This document shows positions 39,539 through 49,380 of a stretch of 64,000 nt of DNA, piece after piece. A program made the position numbers and the translations under genes. Every line of letters begins with the position of its first letter. Position 1 is the stretch's first letter. Where the stretch lies: IMG/VR virus record IMGVR_UViG_3300045988_183178. One strand, given 5' to 3'. Origin of the DNA: a virus. The notes under the pieces are model-generated. The model was not told the origin of the DNA, searched no databases, and worked only from the letters and a program-made list of their open reading frames with translations.

Positions 39539-40478
39539 CAAATATACCCCTACTTTCGTAGTACTTTAACACTTGTATAAGTGGGATTAGACTATATCTC
39601 AATATAATATTGTTAATATTATATTTCAACGCACTTCCAACTGTAACCATTCTCAGTTGTACTCCTTAAAAAGGATAGTCGTTACACTTTAAAATAAATA
39701 ATATTATATACGAACAATTTTTAAGTCATTCCATTTTAAATATTTATGCATTGAGGAATAACTTGCGTTATATTTTTCTTTAGCATATCGAGCTGCTGCT
39801 AATATGCTTTCAAATCTATCAATTAATATATCTCCTTTATATAATTTACAACACTTATAATTTCTTACAGGAGACATAGTTTTATAACTATCATATAAAT
39901 TGTCTTTTCTAGTACACCATTCTAAATTATTCACCTTACAATTTTGTTTATTTTTGTCTTTATGATTAACTTCTGGTAGATTATAAGGATTAGGAATAAA
40001 ATTCATCGCAACTAATCGATGCAATAAATATTTTTTATTATCTAATCTTATCATCCTGTAATTCTTTTTACTATCTAAAAAAGGTTTAAGTTGTCGAATT
40101 TTCCCTTGTTTTATACTAAAAATCTTTCCATATGAAGTTATGTAATATTCGTGGTGATTTTTAATTTCTACTATTTTTTCACCTTTTTCAAGGAATGATG
40201 TAAAATTGATATAATCTATCATAAATATACACCTCCTTATTTATATAATATTATTTATAATCTTAGCACGGTATCGCCTGCTATCCTTCAATATCTTTTA
40301 TATAAAAATATTAGGACCGTAGGTTCTCTTACGAAGCTGCTTCGTCTATGGGTTAAGCTATATATCCTGTTGTGACACTTTATATAGCAGTCTTATTCAA
40401 CTTCTACCGTTAGCACTTAATAATAAAATATTAAGCACACCTCTGAGTTAGAGTCCACGCTGAACGCCCAATATATTT
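39539..40478 (-). other. group I intron (about 940 nt) interrupting dnaE at the SMP|DID codons; carries an HNH homing-endonuclease ORF
   Basis: The 5' exon ends in U (..ATGCCT) and the intron ends in G (..GGGTATATTTG). The intron has G/C-rich structured flanks, including an S-like element GAGATATAGTCTAATCC and an ACTACGAAAGTAGGG hairpin. Confidence 0.65.
39704..40222 (-). CDS. HNH homing endonuclease (freestanding phage HNH_3-like)
   Basis: HRLVAMNFIPNP...EVNHKDKNKQNCKVNNLEW matches the HNH motif of phage intron endonucleases. AAGGAGG then ATG. Confidence 0.8.
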   Translation of the reverse strand: MIDYINFTSFLEKGEKIVEIKNHHEYYITSYGKIFSIKQGKIRQLKPFLDSKKNYRMIRLDNKKYLLHRLVAMNFIPNPYNLPEVNHKDKNKQNCKVNNLEWCTRKDNLYDSYKTMSPVRNYKCCKLYKGDILIDRFESILAAARYAKEKYNASYSSMHKYLKWNDLKIVRI

Positions 40479-42272
40479 AGGCATACTTACTCTTTCTGGA
40501 TTTAAGAATCGTTCAAAAATCAGATTATACTTAAATGGATCAATTCCGGTAATACCAAGTAAATATGTAACCAATGAACCGGCACCTGAACCTCTTCCAA
40601 TGCCTATTCCAATTCCGGTATTATAATTGTGAGCCTTAACATACTCTTTTGCACCTTCAATTGTTAAAGGTACTTCTGATAGTTTATCCATAGGTACTAA
40701 TCCACAAATTCTTCCATATTCCAGGAAGTCCTTTACAATTAAATGATAATCGGCAAAGCCCATCTGAATGATAATATTAAGTTCGTATTCCATTCGTTTC
40801 TGATGTTCTTCATCCCATCCTTTTCCGTTAGGATATCTCCAATTAATTCCCTTAATTGCTTCAGATCTTAATAATTCGTTTGAGTCCTTGTTCTTATCAA
40901 ATACTGGATAATGATTAGATTTTTCTGGAATATAAGCACATCTTTTTCCAATTACATTTAAGTTATTGAGTGCTTCTGCAACCTGATCATCTGTTAATAT
41001 AGCTGATAAGGCCTGAGCAAGTTCGTAAGGTGTTTTTACATATAACTCTTTATCTGATTCCGACTCACTTATCTTAATAAATCTTAAAAATTTAGCTACA
41101 TTACGCATATCAATACTTCTATCAGAATTATCTGCCATATGTGCATCATTAGCAGCAACTAATGGGATATTATGCTTCCTTGCTAACTGAGCTAACACAG
41201 GATATGTTCTGCTTTCCATTTCAAGCCCATGATTCTGAACTTCAATGTAATAATTACCTGCTCCAAAAATTTCCTGATAAAAAAGCATTGTCTTTTCTGC
41301 TTCAGACATTAATTCTATTGGGCTTTTCTTTAATGATTCATAATGCTGTATCTTATTTTCATGATTAATATATTCCTCTACTTTAAGACTTATATCCTTT
41401 AACTCGGCTTTCTTAGCATTAACTAATTTTCTGACATTAGGAATTTTATCTTTAGCTTCCAGAATTTTATTATTTATCTCCTCATATTCGTTAATCAGTT
41501 TAATAAGCTCTGGATCATCATCATTTAAACACTTTCTTGCATCTCTTAATTTTCTTGAAATCTGTGTTCTTTCTGATTTAAGTTCCTTGGAATCACGAAT
41601 ATTAATCAATTCATCTAAATCTGCCGATACCCTTTCAAATTCATCTTTAGCTGAAAGATATTCTTTATCATCAGGACTTATACAATCACGTATAACTAGC
41701 TCGTCTTTTTCAGTAGTATGCTGCTGTGCTTTTCTTTCTCTGTTAATCATTTTATCCAAAACATCATCTGATAATAATTGCAGAGCTGGTGCACCCGAAA
41801 CGCAAGCAGAAGTTGCTATTATATCACCGTTAAAGTTATATTTCTTTAAATCTGATATTGTAATAACAGGCTTTCCCATTCTTTTTTCAGAAGCCTTAGA
41901 ATTTAACTTATCAATAATATGCTTGCCTCTTTCTGAAGTGGCTAACATAATCATATGGCCAATCTGCTCATTTATCTTAAATGGTGGCACTTCAATATAA
42001 GCCTCTACGCCATAAATGATATTAAAAGGATGTTCCTCAGTACTTATTTTCTTAGCGTAATCAATACATGTTTGCATTGCTGAAAATGATGCATGGTCCG
42101 TAACAGCAAATTTAGTATATCCTGCATTAAATGCAGCATCTAAATAACTTTTAGGTTCATCTACGGCATCAAACAAAGAGCCTCCTGGATGGTTATGTTC
42201 ACACACTGTAACTCCTGACTCAATAACCTTTTTTGTTAATTCTCCAATTTTTACATGTTCAAACATTGACAT
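40479..42272 (-). CDS. dnaE: DNA polymerase III alpha exon 1 (PHP domain and start of palm; ends at ..[11 protein letters not shown])
   Basis: [12 protein letters not shown] / TDHASF PHP motifs, then [21 protein letters not shown]. Confidence 0.85.
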
Positions 42273-42306
42273 TAAATTTCCTCCTTTATAAATTTTATAA
42301 TTAATA

Positions 42307-42319
42307 CATGACAGAAAAA
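42307..42319 (-). promoter_or_regulatory. conserved promoter-like motif upstream of dnaE exon 1
   Basis: CATGACAGAAAAAA plus hairpin 42322-42349. Confidence 0.55.
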
Positions 42320-42321
42320 AT

Positions 42322-42349
42322 ACACCAGTTGACTAATCTCAACTGGTGT
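42322..42349 (-). terminator. intrinsic terminator (ACACCAGTTGA/TCAACTGGTGT)
   Basis: 11 bp stem plus T-run on the minus strand. Confidence 0.7.
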
Positions 42350-42383
42350 ATAAATACACATTATTTAATTGTTAATTATTTTA

Positions 42384-43535
42384 TTATTCTACCTTAACAA
42401 CGTCTCCTCTATCTGATGTTTCAGTAATAACAATATACTTGATTTCCATATTGTCGTTTGCAAGAGCAATTCTTGTTACATTATCTTCCTTACTTGTATC
42501 GACAATCCAATCATATCCTTCAACTGCAGACATTATCTTTGAATCAGTAATGATTTTATCAACATACTCTCCAATCATAATTCTGTCTTCAAGTCTGATA
42601 AAATCAGCACTATTCCAACCAATTGAAACAGATTTAATATGTGAAGGGATATTAATACTATTGAGCCTCATTAATGTACCACCATTAAGAGCAATCATTT
42701 CTGCTTTAATATGATCCATTTCGATTAATTCCTTAGTATTAGTAATTGTATCTAAATGATAATCACAATTATTGCATTCATCATAATCTCCACAATCATT
42801 TTCGCAGTCATAACCACAATCACAATCAGGATTATAATAATTATTATCACATACCTGCTCTGTATATTCAATGACCCATGTAGGTACATTCATTGAATTT
42901 CTTACAGTAATGACATTATTTATTGGTGCATCAAGCATTAAATAACTTGAAATATAATTCTTTGCACCATCATAAACGATAATTTCAGCATTATCAAAAT
43001 ATTCAGCGAAAATATCTTTTCCATTAAAATCCTTCTTTGTTTCAAAGTGTGTATAGGAAGTCTTTAGTATCACATATTTGTCACATACACCTATAACTTC
43101 CGGCATTGGAATTGAAACTGGAATAAGTTTCTTAAACTTATCCTCATCCGGCTTATAAGCAAATAAATCAATATAATCATCATGTTCTGTTGTGTTTTCT
43201 CTAGGTAATACAGATAATAAAAGCTTACCTGGAACAGATGTAACGATACTCTTAATTACCAGTGAACCCTGCTGTGTAGCAGCAACACCATCCTTAAGTA
43301 AAATTCCGTCTTCTACTGAATATCCATCTGGAATATCTGGAATATTAGGATTGCTGATAAGTCTAAAAGCAATTGCGTTAGATGATGATATCATAACAGA
43401 TATATCCTCGTTTACTTCACCATTTTCTAAAAGACAAGCCGTTCCTACGCCATCGGTAACAGATGTAATTAAATACTGTCTGTTGTCAACCTTGTTTAAT
43501 ACTGTTACATTTTCTAAAATTTTGTTTTCTCTCAT
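42384..43535 (-). CDS. hypothetical protein (383 aa) with Cys/Asp-rich insert; paralog of the next gene
   Basis: Shares N- and C-terminal regions with 43668..44717 (..TRIALANDNMEIKYIVITETSDRGDVV). Contains the insert CDNNYYNPDCDCGYDCENDCGDYDECNNCDY. Confidence 0.75.
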   Translation of the reverse strand: MRENKILENVTVLNKVDNRQYLITSVTDGVGTACLLENGEVNEDISVMISSSNAIAFRLISNPNIPDIPDGYSVEDGILLKDGVAATQQGSLVIKSIVTSVPGKLLLSVLPRENTTEHDDYIDLFAYKPDEDKFKKLIPVSIPMPEVIGVCDKYVILKTSYTHFETKKDFNGKDIFAEYFDNAEIIVYDGAKNYISSYLMLDAPINNVITVRNSMNVPTWVIEYTEQVCDNNYYNPDCDCGYDCENDCGDYDECNNCDYHLDTITNTKELIEMDHIKAEMIALNGGTLMRLNSINIPSHIKSVSIGWNSADFIRLEDRIMIGEYVDKIITDSKIMSAVEGYDWIVDTSKEDNVTRIALANDNMEIKYIVITETSDRGDVVKVE

Positions 43536-43667
43536 AATGAAAAATCTCCTTTTTTTATTTTATTCAAATAAAATATGACAGAAAAATTAAAACAAAATAG
43601 GATTAAAGCATATACATGCCTTAACCCTACTTTTTAAATTAATTATAGAGAATTCCGTTAATATCAA

Positions 43668-44717
43668 TTACTCTATGGTTATAATGTCTCCTCTATCTCT
43701 TGTTTCAGAAATAACAAGAGTCTTTATCTCCATAGTATTTGTATTAGCAAGAGAAATTCTTGTAACATGATCCTTAGATGTAATATCCACAATTACATTA
43801 TAACCTGCAAGCTCAGCAACTATCTTATCTGGGATCTTATATGTGATATCATTAATATACCACTTGCCTGAAGAAGCTTTAATCAGGCTTGCATTATATC
43901 CCTTTGAAATTGATTCTGGAACACTGTCAATTGCTGTTGTCTTATAAAGACTTAATGAATGACCTTCAGAAGCAACAAATCTTAATGTAATATAATCATC
44001 TTCCTTGATAACTCCGTCAGAATCGACTACTGTATCTGCTTCAATTGCGAAAATTGTTTCATTAGGTGCCTTAACAGAATCTACAGCCTTAATTGGCTCC
44101 GCAAAAGAAACATGATCAACAACTGCATCAGACATTACATCATATAACATGATTGCTGCAGCATCAAAGATATTATCTGTTTCAATAGTTCCATCTTCAA
44201 GCTTCTTATCCTTAGTATAAGTTCTTGAATATGTCATATATAACTGCATCTTATTCTCAGAAGAAGCAATGATTGTAACTTCTGGAATAGATCTTCTGAT
44301 AAGCTTATTAAACTTATCTGACTCAACTGTATATGACATAATATCGAAATAACCTTCTCTTGGTTCTCTTGGTTCGACAGATAAAATAAGTCTTCCTGCA
44401 ACACCTGCAATAATACTATTAATTACAAGTGAACCCTGTTCTGTAGCAGGGACTCCATTCTTAAGCAAAATTCCGTTTTTTACAGTATATCCAGTTGGAA
44501 CATCTGGAATATTAGGATCATCAATCAGCTTGTAAGCTATTGCATTATTAGCTGTAATTACTGCAGTAACCGAATCATCAAGTGAACCATCCTCCTTGAT
44601 TAACTTGGCTGTTCCTTTAATGGAATCACCTGAACCATCAACATTAATTACCTGGTAATTCTTACGGTCTACCTTGTTTAATACTGTTACATTAGTCTTA
44701 ATCTTGTTTATTCTCAT
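43668..44717 (-). CDS. hypothetical protein (349 aa); tandem paralog
   Basis: See the previous feature. Confidence 0.75.
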   Translation of the reverse strand: MRINKIKTNVTVLNKVDRKNYQVINVDGSGDSIKGTAKLIKEDGSLDDSVTAVITANNAIAYKLIDDPNIPDVPTGYTVKNGILLKNGVPATEQGSLVINSIIAGVAGRLILSVEPREPREGYFDIMSYTVESDKFNKLIRRSIPEVTIIASSENKMQLYMTYSRTYTKDKKLEDGTIETDNIFDAAAIMLYDVMSDAVVDHVSFAEPIKAVDSVKAPNETIFAIEADTVVDSDGVIKEDDYITLRFVASEGHSLSLYKTTAIDSVPESISKGYNASLIKASSGKWYINDITYKIPDKIVAELAGYNVIVDITSKDHVTRISLANTNTMEIKTLVISETRDRGDIITIE

Positions 44718-44828
44718 GATTAAGTCCTCCTTTTATTTTTTATTTAATACAAATTACATATGACAGAAAAATAAAAACAAATAAAAATATAGGACTTGTT
44801 TTTTTGTAAATCCTATTTTTATTAATTA

Positions 44829-45446
44829 TTAAAATTTATTTAAATTAATTGATTGCTGATATTTACTTCTTTTATCATTTATTTTATATGATTTTTGCTT
44901 TTCTGTATCATACTTTTTTGCCAAAGAATCTACATATTCATCAAAATCAGTTCTTAAATTCTGAGAATTATTATTAACATAATCAGCTTTTTCTAATTCT
45001 TCATTTACAAGATCTGATAGTGATGTCTTAAGAACATGCTCCATTTTTTCCTTTTCAGTTTTTCTTTTTTCATTATTCTTACGAATTATATTACCAATAA
45101 CTATTATCGCAATAACAACAGCTATAAAAATACCTAAACCAATTAATATACCCTTAATCGGAATATTAGTTAAAACATCTGATACGCTATTTCCAATATT
45201 TTCTGTAGCTTCTGTAGTACTTTCCGAATCTGTTTGTGAAGTATTATATTCGGTTCTTAAAATTGAAATTAAAATAGAAAATATAAATCTTGAAAAAATC
45301 AAGATTGTCCCCACTATACAATTACCAACTCCACTAGATACTCCTGACTCATCATCATTTAAAACCGATTTAAGTATATTAGAAAAACCTGTAGCAACAA
45401 TGATAACCCCTAAGCAGCCTAAACATGTGCTTATTACATTTAACAT
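44829..45446 (-). CDS. membrane protein (2 TM plus coiled coil)
   Basis: ORF. Confidence 0.65.
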   Translation of the reverse strand: MLNVISTCLGCLGVIIVATGFSNILKSVLNDDESGVSSGVGNCIVGTILIFSRFIFSILISILRTEYNTSQTDSESTTEATENIGNSVSDVLTNIPIKGILIGLGIFIAVVIAIIVIGNIIRKNNEKRKTEKEKMEHVLKTSLSDLVNEELEKADYVNNNSQNLRTDFDEYVDSLAKKYDTEKQKSYKINDKRSKYQQSINLNKF

Positions 45447-45711
45447 AAAAACTCCTTACATTTAAATATACTCTAAAACTATAATTTAAAAATTAACTTA
45501 GAGTTTTAAAATAGCATTTTTAATACTTCAATATCATCATATACAAATAAATATCGACTGAAATCCCATCTTCAGATATTTCACTGGCAACGGCATGTAT
45601 TCCATCGATGAGCGTCTTATTTACTTCATTTTATTACTCAAAATACCAGCTATAATATGCCTTTATTATCAATCAACACTATCCCAAACACATTACACAT
45701 CAATTATTATT

Positions 45712-45879
45712 CATTTGCATAGTTCTCTACTGCAACTTCTGTCTGCTGTGTTTCAACATTCGTATTCTTAGCTGTATTTATAACACTATAGCCTACCACA
45801 AACATTATTGTACTAATCCAAATAACAGCTATAATAACAATATAAATGCCATAATCATGCAAAAAATCTAACATAAACT
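45712..45879 (-). CDS. small membrane protein of about 55 aa (approximate coordinates)
   Basis: MLDFLHDYGIYIVIIAVIWISTIMFVVGY.. after AAGAGGGACAG. Confidence 0.35.
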
Positions 45880-46221
45880 GTCCCTCTTATTTTATTTCTT
45901 TTTCTCTAATCTTTATTATTAAAATCCTGCCTTTTACAGGTAAGCAATATGCTTAGGTTGAGTTTCACTATTTACTTTTATTGAAAAACAATAAAGGAAA
46001 ATGTTAAAGCTGAATAATAAATTATTCTGCCTTATTTTTTTTCTTCTTGTTTTCTTCCTTTTCCTTTAAAAGACTATTCTCCATCTTTACAAAAATTGAT
46101 TTCTTCTTGCCAAAAGGCTTTGCTGTAATTCCCATTTGTTAAATCCTTTCTTAATTAAAATATTTTTTAAAGACATTTAATATATGACAGATTTAATTAC
46201 TCATTTTTTTACATAAAAAAA

Positions 46222-46243
46222 AGAGGTGTTTTTTGCCACCTCT
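46222..46243 (-). terminator. intrinsic terminator (AGAGGTG/CACCTCT) flanked by runs of A and T on both sides
   Basis: Seen directly in the sequence. Confidence 0.6.
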
Positions 46244-46256
46244 TTTTTAAAATAAT

Positions 46257-46820
46257 TTAAAAATATTTCGAATAAAATAAATCAACCTGATGATACAAAT
46301 ATTGCAAATCCTTATCATTAGTTATTAAGAAATCATATTCCTTTGAATTTTTATATGCATCAAATTCCTCTCTTTCACTCTCCAAGCGTATTCGCAAAGT
46401 ATCAGGATTATCTCCTCTTAGAAGTCCTCTTTTAATTATTTTATCCTCAGCCAAATCAACATATACGCAAATTAAATTAAACAAATTATGCTTATTATGC
46501 TCTTTTAACCATTTAACGCCATCTGGATTTATAATGTATACACATGTATTTGATGGCAAAGCTTCTAATGCAGCACAATATTCTATTCCAGTTTTATCAT
46601 TTTTTGTATAAGCAATGATTGTTTTTTCTTTTAAAATATTGCTCATTTCTTCCTTTGAAATAAATATATGTTCTACACCATTTGTCTCATATTCTCTTTT
46701 TGGTCTGGTTGTCATTGAAACAACTGAAGGAATTCCATATTTTTCATTTAATACTTTTGCGACTGTATCTTTGCCACTTGATGTCTTTCCTATAACTGCA
46801 ATTATTGTCTTTTTATCCAT
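46257..46820 (-). CDS. guanylate-kinase-family nucleoside monophosphate kinase (dNMP kinase)
   Basis: P-loop IAVIGKTSSGKDT and the TTRPKREYE..G..Y.F motif. Confidence 0.75.
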   Translation of the reverse strand: MDKKTIIAVIGKTSSGKDTVAKVLNEKYGIPSVVSMTTRPKREYETNGVEHIFISKEEMSNILKEKTIIAYTKNDKTGIEYCAALEALPSNTCVYIINPDGVKWLKEHNKHNLFNLICVYVDLAEDKIIKRGLLRGDNPDTLRIRLESEREEFDAYKNSKEYDFLITNDKDLQYLYHQVDLFYSKYF

Positions 46821-46835
46821 ATTAAAAATCTCCTA

Positions 46836-46892
46836 ATGAACTACTCACAACCGACTATTGTCGGATGGAATTTTCTTACAATTCTTCGATAA
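46836..46892 (+). repeat. 57 bp dispersed repeat, copy 3 (abuts the RBS of the kinase gene)
   Basis: A single base differs from copy 1. Confidence 0.8.
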
Positions 46893-47044
46893 CTAATGCC
46901 ATAAGCAATTATATAATTCATCAATGCGATTCTGGCATCTGTCAGCTTCTAATTCATTACCGGATTCCGAATACTGGTCCCTTTTAATTTCCCAATTTTG
47001 AATTTCTTTTTTTATTCTTGTATATTTACCATTTTCTTTCATAT
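46893..47044 (-). CDS. small protein of about 50 aa (approximate)
   Basis: AAAAGGAG then ATGAAAGAAAATGG. Confidence 0.35.
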
Positions 47045-47077
47045 ATTAACTCCTTTTATCTTAAAATTTATTAAATA

Positions 47078-47090
47078 TATGACAGAAAAA
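47078..47090 (-). promoter_or_regulatory. conserved promoter-like motif
   Basis: TATGACAGAAAAAAA plus hairpin 47093-47114. Confidence 0.55.
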
Positions 47091-47139
47091 AAGTCCCATT
47101 TAATTAAATGGGACTAAAAATTATTTTTATGAATTAATG

Positions 47140-47394
47140 CTATTTATCATCCATATTTTCATTAATATTATCAATATTAATGACATCATTTTTATCAGCT
47201 ATTATTATATAAGATGATATTATTTTTGCAATAAATAAAGCATTAACTACAATTAAAATAACTCCTGGGATTATGTTATCAAAGTGCTTAATAACATCAA
47301 AAGCAATATCAGGAATGAACATAAAAGCTTCAATTATACAAGAAAATATTACACTATCTATTCCTTTTCTTATGCCTACTATATATTTATCCAT
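47140..47394 (-). CDS. small membrane protein (start at MDKYIV)
   Basis: AAAGGAGAACATC then ATG. Confidence 0.55.
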   Translation of the reverse strand: MDKYIVGIRKGIDSVIFSCIIEAFMFIPDIAFDVIKHFDNIIPGVILIVVNALFIAKIISSYIIIADKNDVINIDNINENMDDK

Positions 47395-47420
47395 GATGTT
47401 CTCCTTTTTTTCTTTCCATA

Positions 47421-48317
47421 CTAAATTACTGCACATTGCAAATTTAACCGGTTTATTATACTTACTACATGCTCCTTACATTTTTCAATTAAAATACATT
47501 TCCTTTTTTTATTAAGACATGCTTCTCCTGTAACGCCACTACCCGCAAATTGATCTAAAACTAATTCACCAGGTAAAGTAAAATATTCTAACAACTGTTC
47601 AAATAAAGCAACTGGTTTTTCTGTCTGAACATTCTTTAATTTATTAGGAATGGCCTGCACATTAAATTCAGTAGGCAGCATTCCATTAGCTCCACTCATA
47701 AATCTGGTAGGTACTCCATTTATAACGCCTCTTTGCTTATCTGGTCTTAATGCTCTTGGCTTACCTTTACTAAAAATCATTATGTCTTCTGTATTTTTAG
47801 CTTTTCTGCCTGTATTACTTACAAATGTACCTTTTTTCCATGCAACTTTTGCATAATACTTAAATCCTGCCTGTTCTGCCATCTTCTTAATCTCATACAA
47901 ATAATCAAAATTATTTTCATTTTCTGCAGGTAAAATTTCTACTAAGAAACTACCTTCCTTTAATACCCTAGCTTTTTCCATAAAATCTGATAAGGTATAC
48001 TTAAAACAATCATACTGGGCTAAATGTCTTGTACCACCATTATTAGATTTCTTATCATCCCATGGATGATCAGTAATTATGCAATCCATAGATTCACTTT
48101 CAAAAACAGATAAATCTCTTCCATCGCCTTCAATAAGAACTACATCATCTGTTACATATAGTCCTTTTGATAGTTTCTTAAATTCTTTACCTAAATTTTC
48201 ATAAATTCTTGCTCTGACTGACTCTTTTGGATATGAGGGATTAACAGCATATGCTTCTTTTAGTGTAAACTGCTTTCCTGGTTTAAAAGCCGCTAACAGA
48301 TTTGATAAAACACTCAT
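47421..48317 (-). CDS. DNA methyltransferase (N6A/N4C type; motif IV DHPW before motif I FAGSG)
   Basis: CIITDHPW ... DQFAGSGVTGEA. RBS AAAGGAG. Confidence 0.7.
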   Translation of the reverse strand: MSVLSNLLAAFKPGKQFTLKEAYAVNPSYPKESVRARIYENLGKEFKKLSKGLYVTDDVVLIEGDGRDLSVFESESMDCIITDHPWDDKKSNNGGTRHLAQYDCFKYTLSDFMEKARVLKEGSFLVEILPAENENNFDYLYEIKKMAEQAGFKYYAKVAWKKGTFVSNTGRKAKNTEDIMIFSKGKPRALRPDKQRGVINGVPTRFMSGANGMLPTEFNVQAIPNKLKNVQTEKPVALFEQLLEYFTLPGELVLDQFAGSGVTGEACLNKKRKCILIEKCKEHVVSIINRLNLQCAVI

Positions 48318-48330
48318 AATATATTCTCCT

Positions 48331-49215
48331 TTATTTTGTTTGATAAAGAAGATATGACAGAAAATTATTTACATTAGAATGTGAACTGTTATTTCTTATT
48401 ACTAAAATATTTCTGATAACAATTATGAAAAATATAATACTCATTACGATTAGACAAATATTTTGTAACATAACAGGCATAAAAGAGTACAATACACTAC
48501 TTGCATTAACTCCAATATGAATTAAAATAGAGGACAATAAATTATCTGTTTTTATATATACATAGGCTAATATAATACCGAAAATAAATGCATAAGTGCT
48601 TTGAATAATATTAAAATGTACTAATCCAAAAACGAAAGCTGATATATAAATTGAGCTTACATCTGGTTTCTTAAAGAATTTGTTTTGCTTTATTATTTTT
48701 GTAATACCGTATCTAAATATTAATTCTTCAACAACTGGCGTAATAACACCTGTTATTAAGAGTACTTGAAGCCAATTTCCGGTTACAGCAACATTCATCA
48801 AAGAATTATATGAATTAGAAACCAAATTATTAGGTAAGGAATCTATTACCACAGAAGCTAAAAAATTCATAATAATGCCTGTTAAAATAAATGTCTTGAC
48901 ATCTTTTAATGATAATTTTGAAATAAATATGATTGATTTATTAACTTTATATTCTTTAAGCATAACAAACCCAAGTATTATAATATCGGAAACAAATAAT
49001 GCAGGCATAATTAATTCACTGAGCATACTAAGATAACTATATGAAAGTAAATTACCTGTTTCTATACATACATATAAATTATCATACCATTGTGAATCAG
49101 AAAACAATTTAAAAATAAATACGCCCAATGTACATACAATTTGAGTAATAAGAAAGGCAAATACTATTCCAATAATCTTTGTAATTTGTTTAATCATTAT
49201 TTTGTTGACCTCCAA
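48331..49215 (-). CDS. CPBP-family intramembrane metalloprotease (second copy)
   Basis: EELIFR, FGLVHFN and HIGVNA motifs in a multi-TM protein. Confidence 0.75.
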   Translation of the reverse strand: MEVNKIMIKQITKIIGIVFAFLITQIVCTLGVFIFKLFSDSQWYDNLYVCIETGNLLSYSYLSMLSELIMPALFVSDIIILGFVMLKEYKVNKSIIFISKLSLKDVKTFILTGIIMNFLASVVIDSLPNNLVSNSYNSLMNVAVTGNWLQVLLITGVITPVVEELIFRYGITKIIKQNKFFKKPDVSSIYISAFVFGLVHFNIIQSTYAFIFGIILAYVYIKTDNLLSSILIHIGVNASSVLYSFMPVMLQNICLIVMSIIFFIIVIRNILVIRNNSSHSNVNNFLSYLLYQTK

Positions 49216-49380
49216 ATTGCTTTGTTTTTATTTTGATATGATTTTTTAATTTTTATTAAGTCCATTATTATAATTCTTTCCTAAAAAAGTTTATATGTAT
49301 TAATATGACAGAGTGAAACAAAAAAAATAGCAGGAATTAACCTGCTATTTTTTATTATATTCAATTGTATTAAATATTGA

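Noticed and set aside
31548-42272. Intein explanation for the fragmented polymerase
   Set aside because: The breaks are marked by stop codons, an independent RBS and promoter, and (for the first break) non-coding structured RNA with an HNH ORF. None are in-frame Cys/Ser..Asn intein boundaries.
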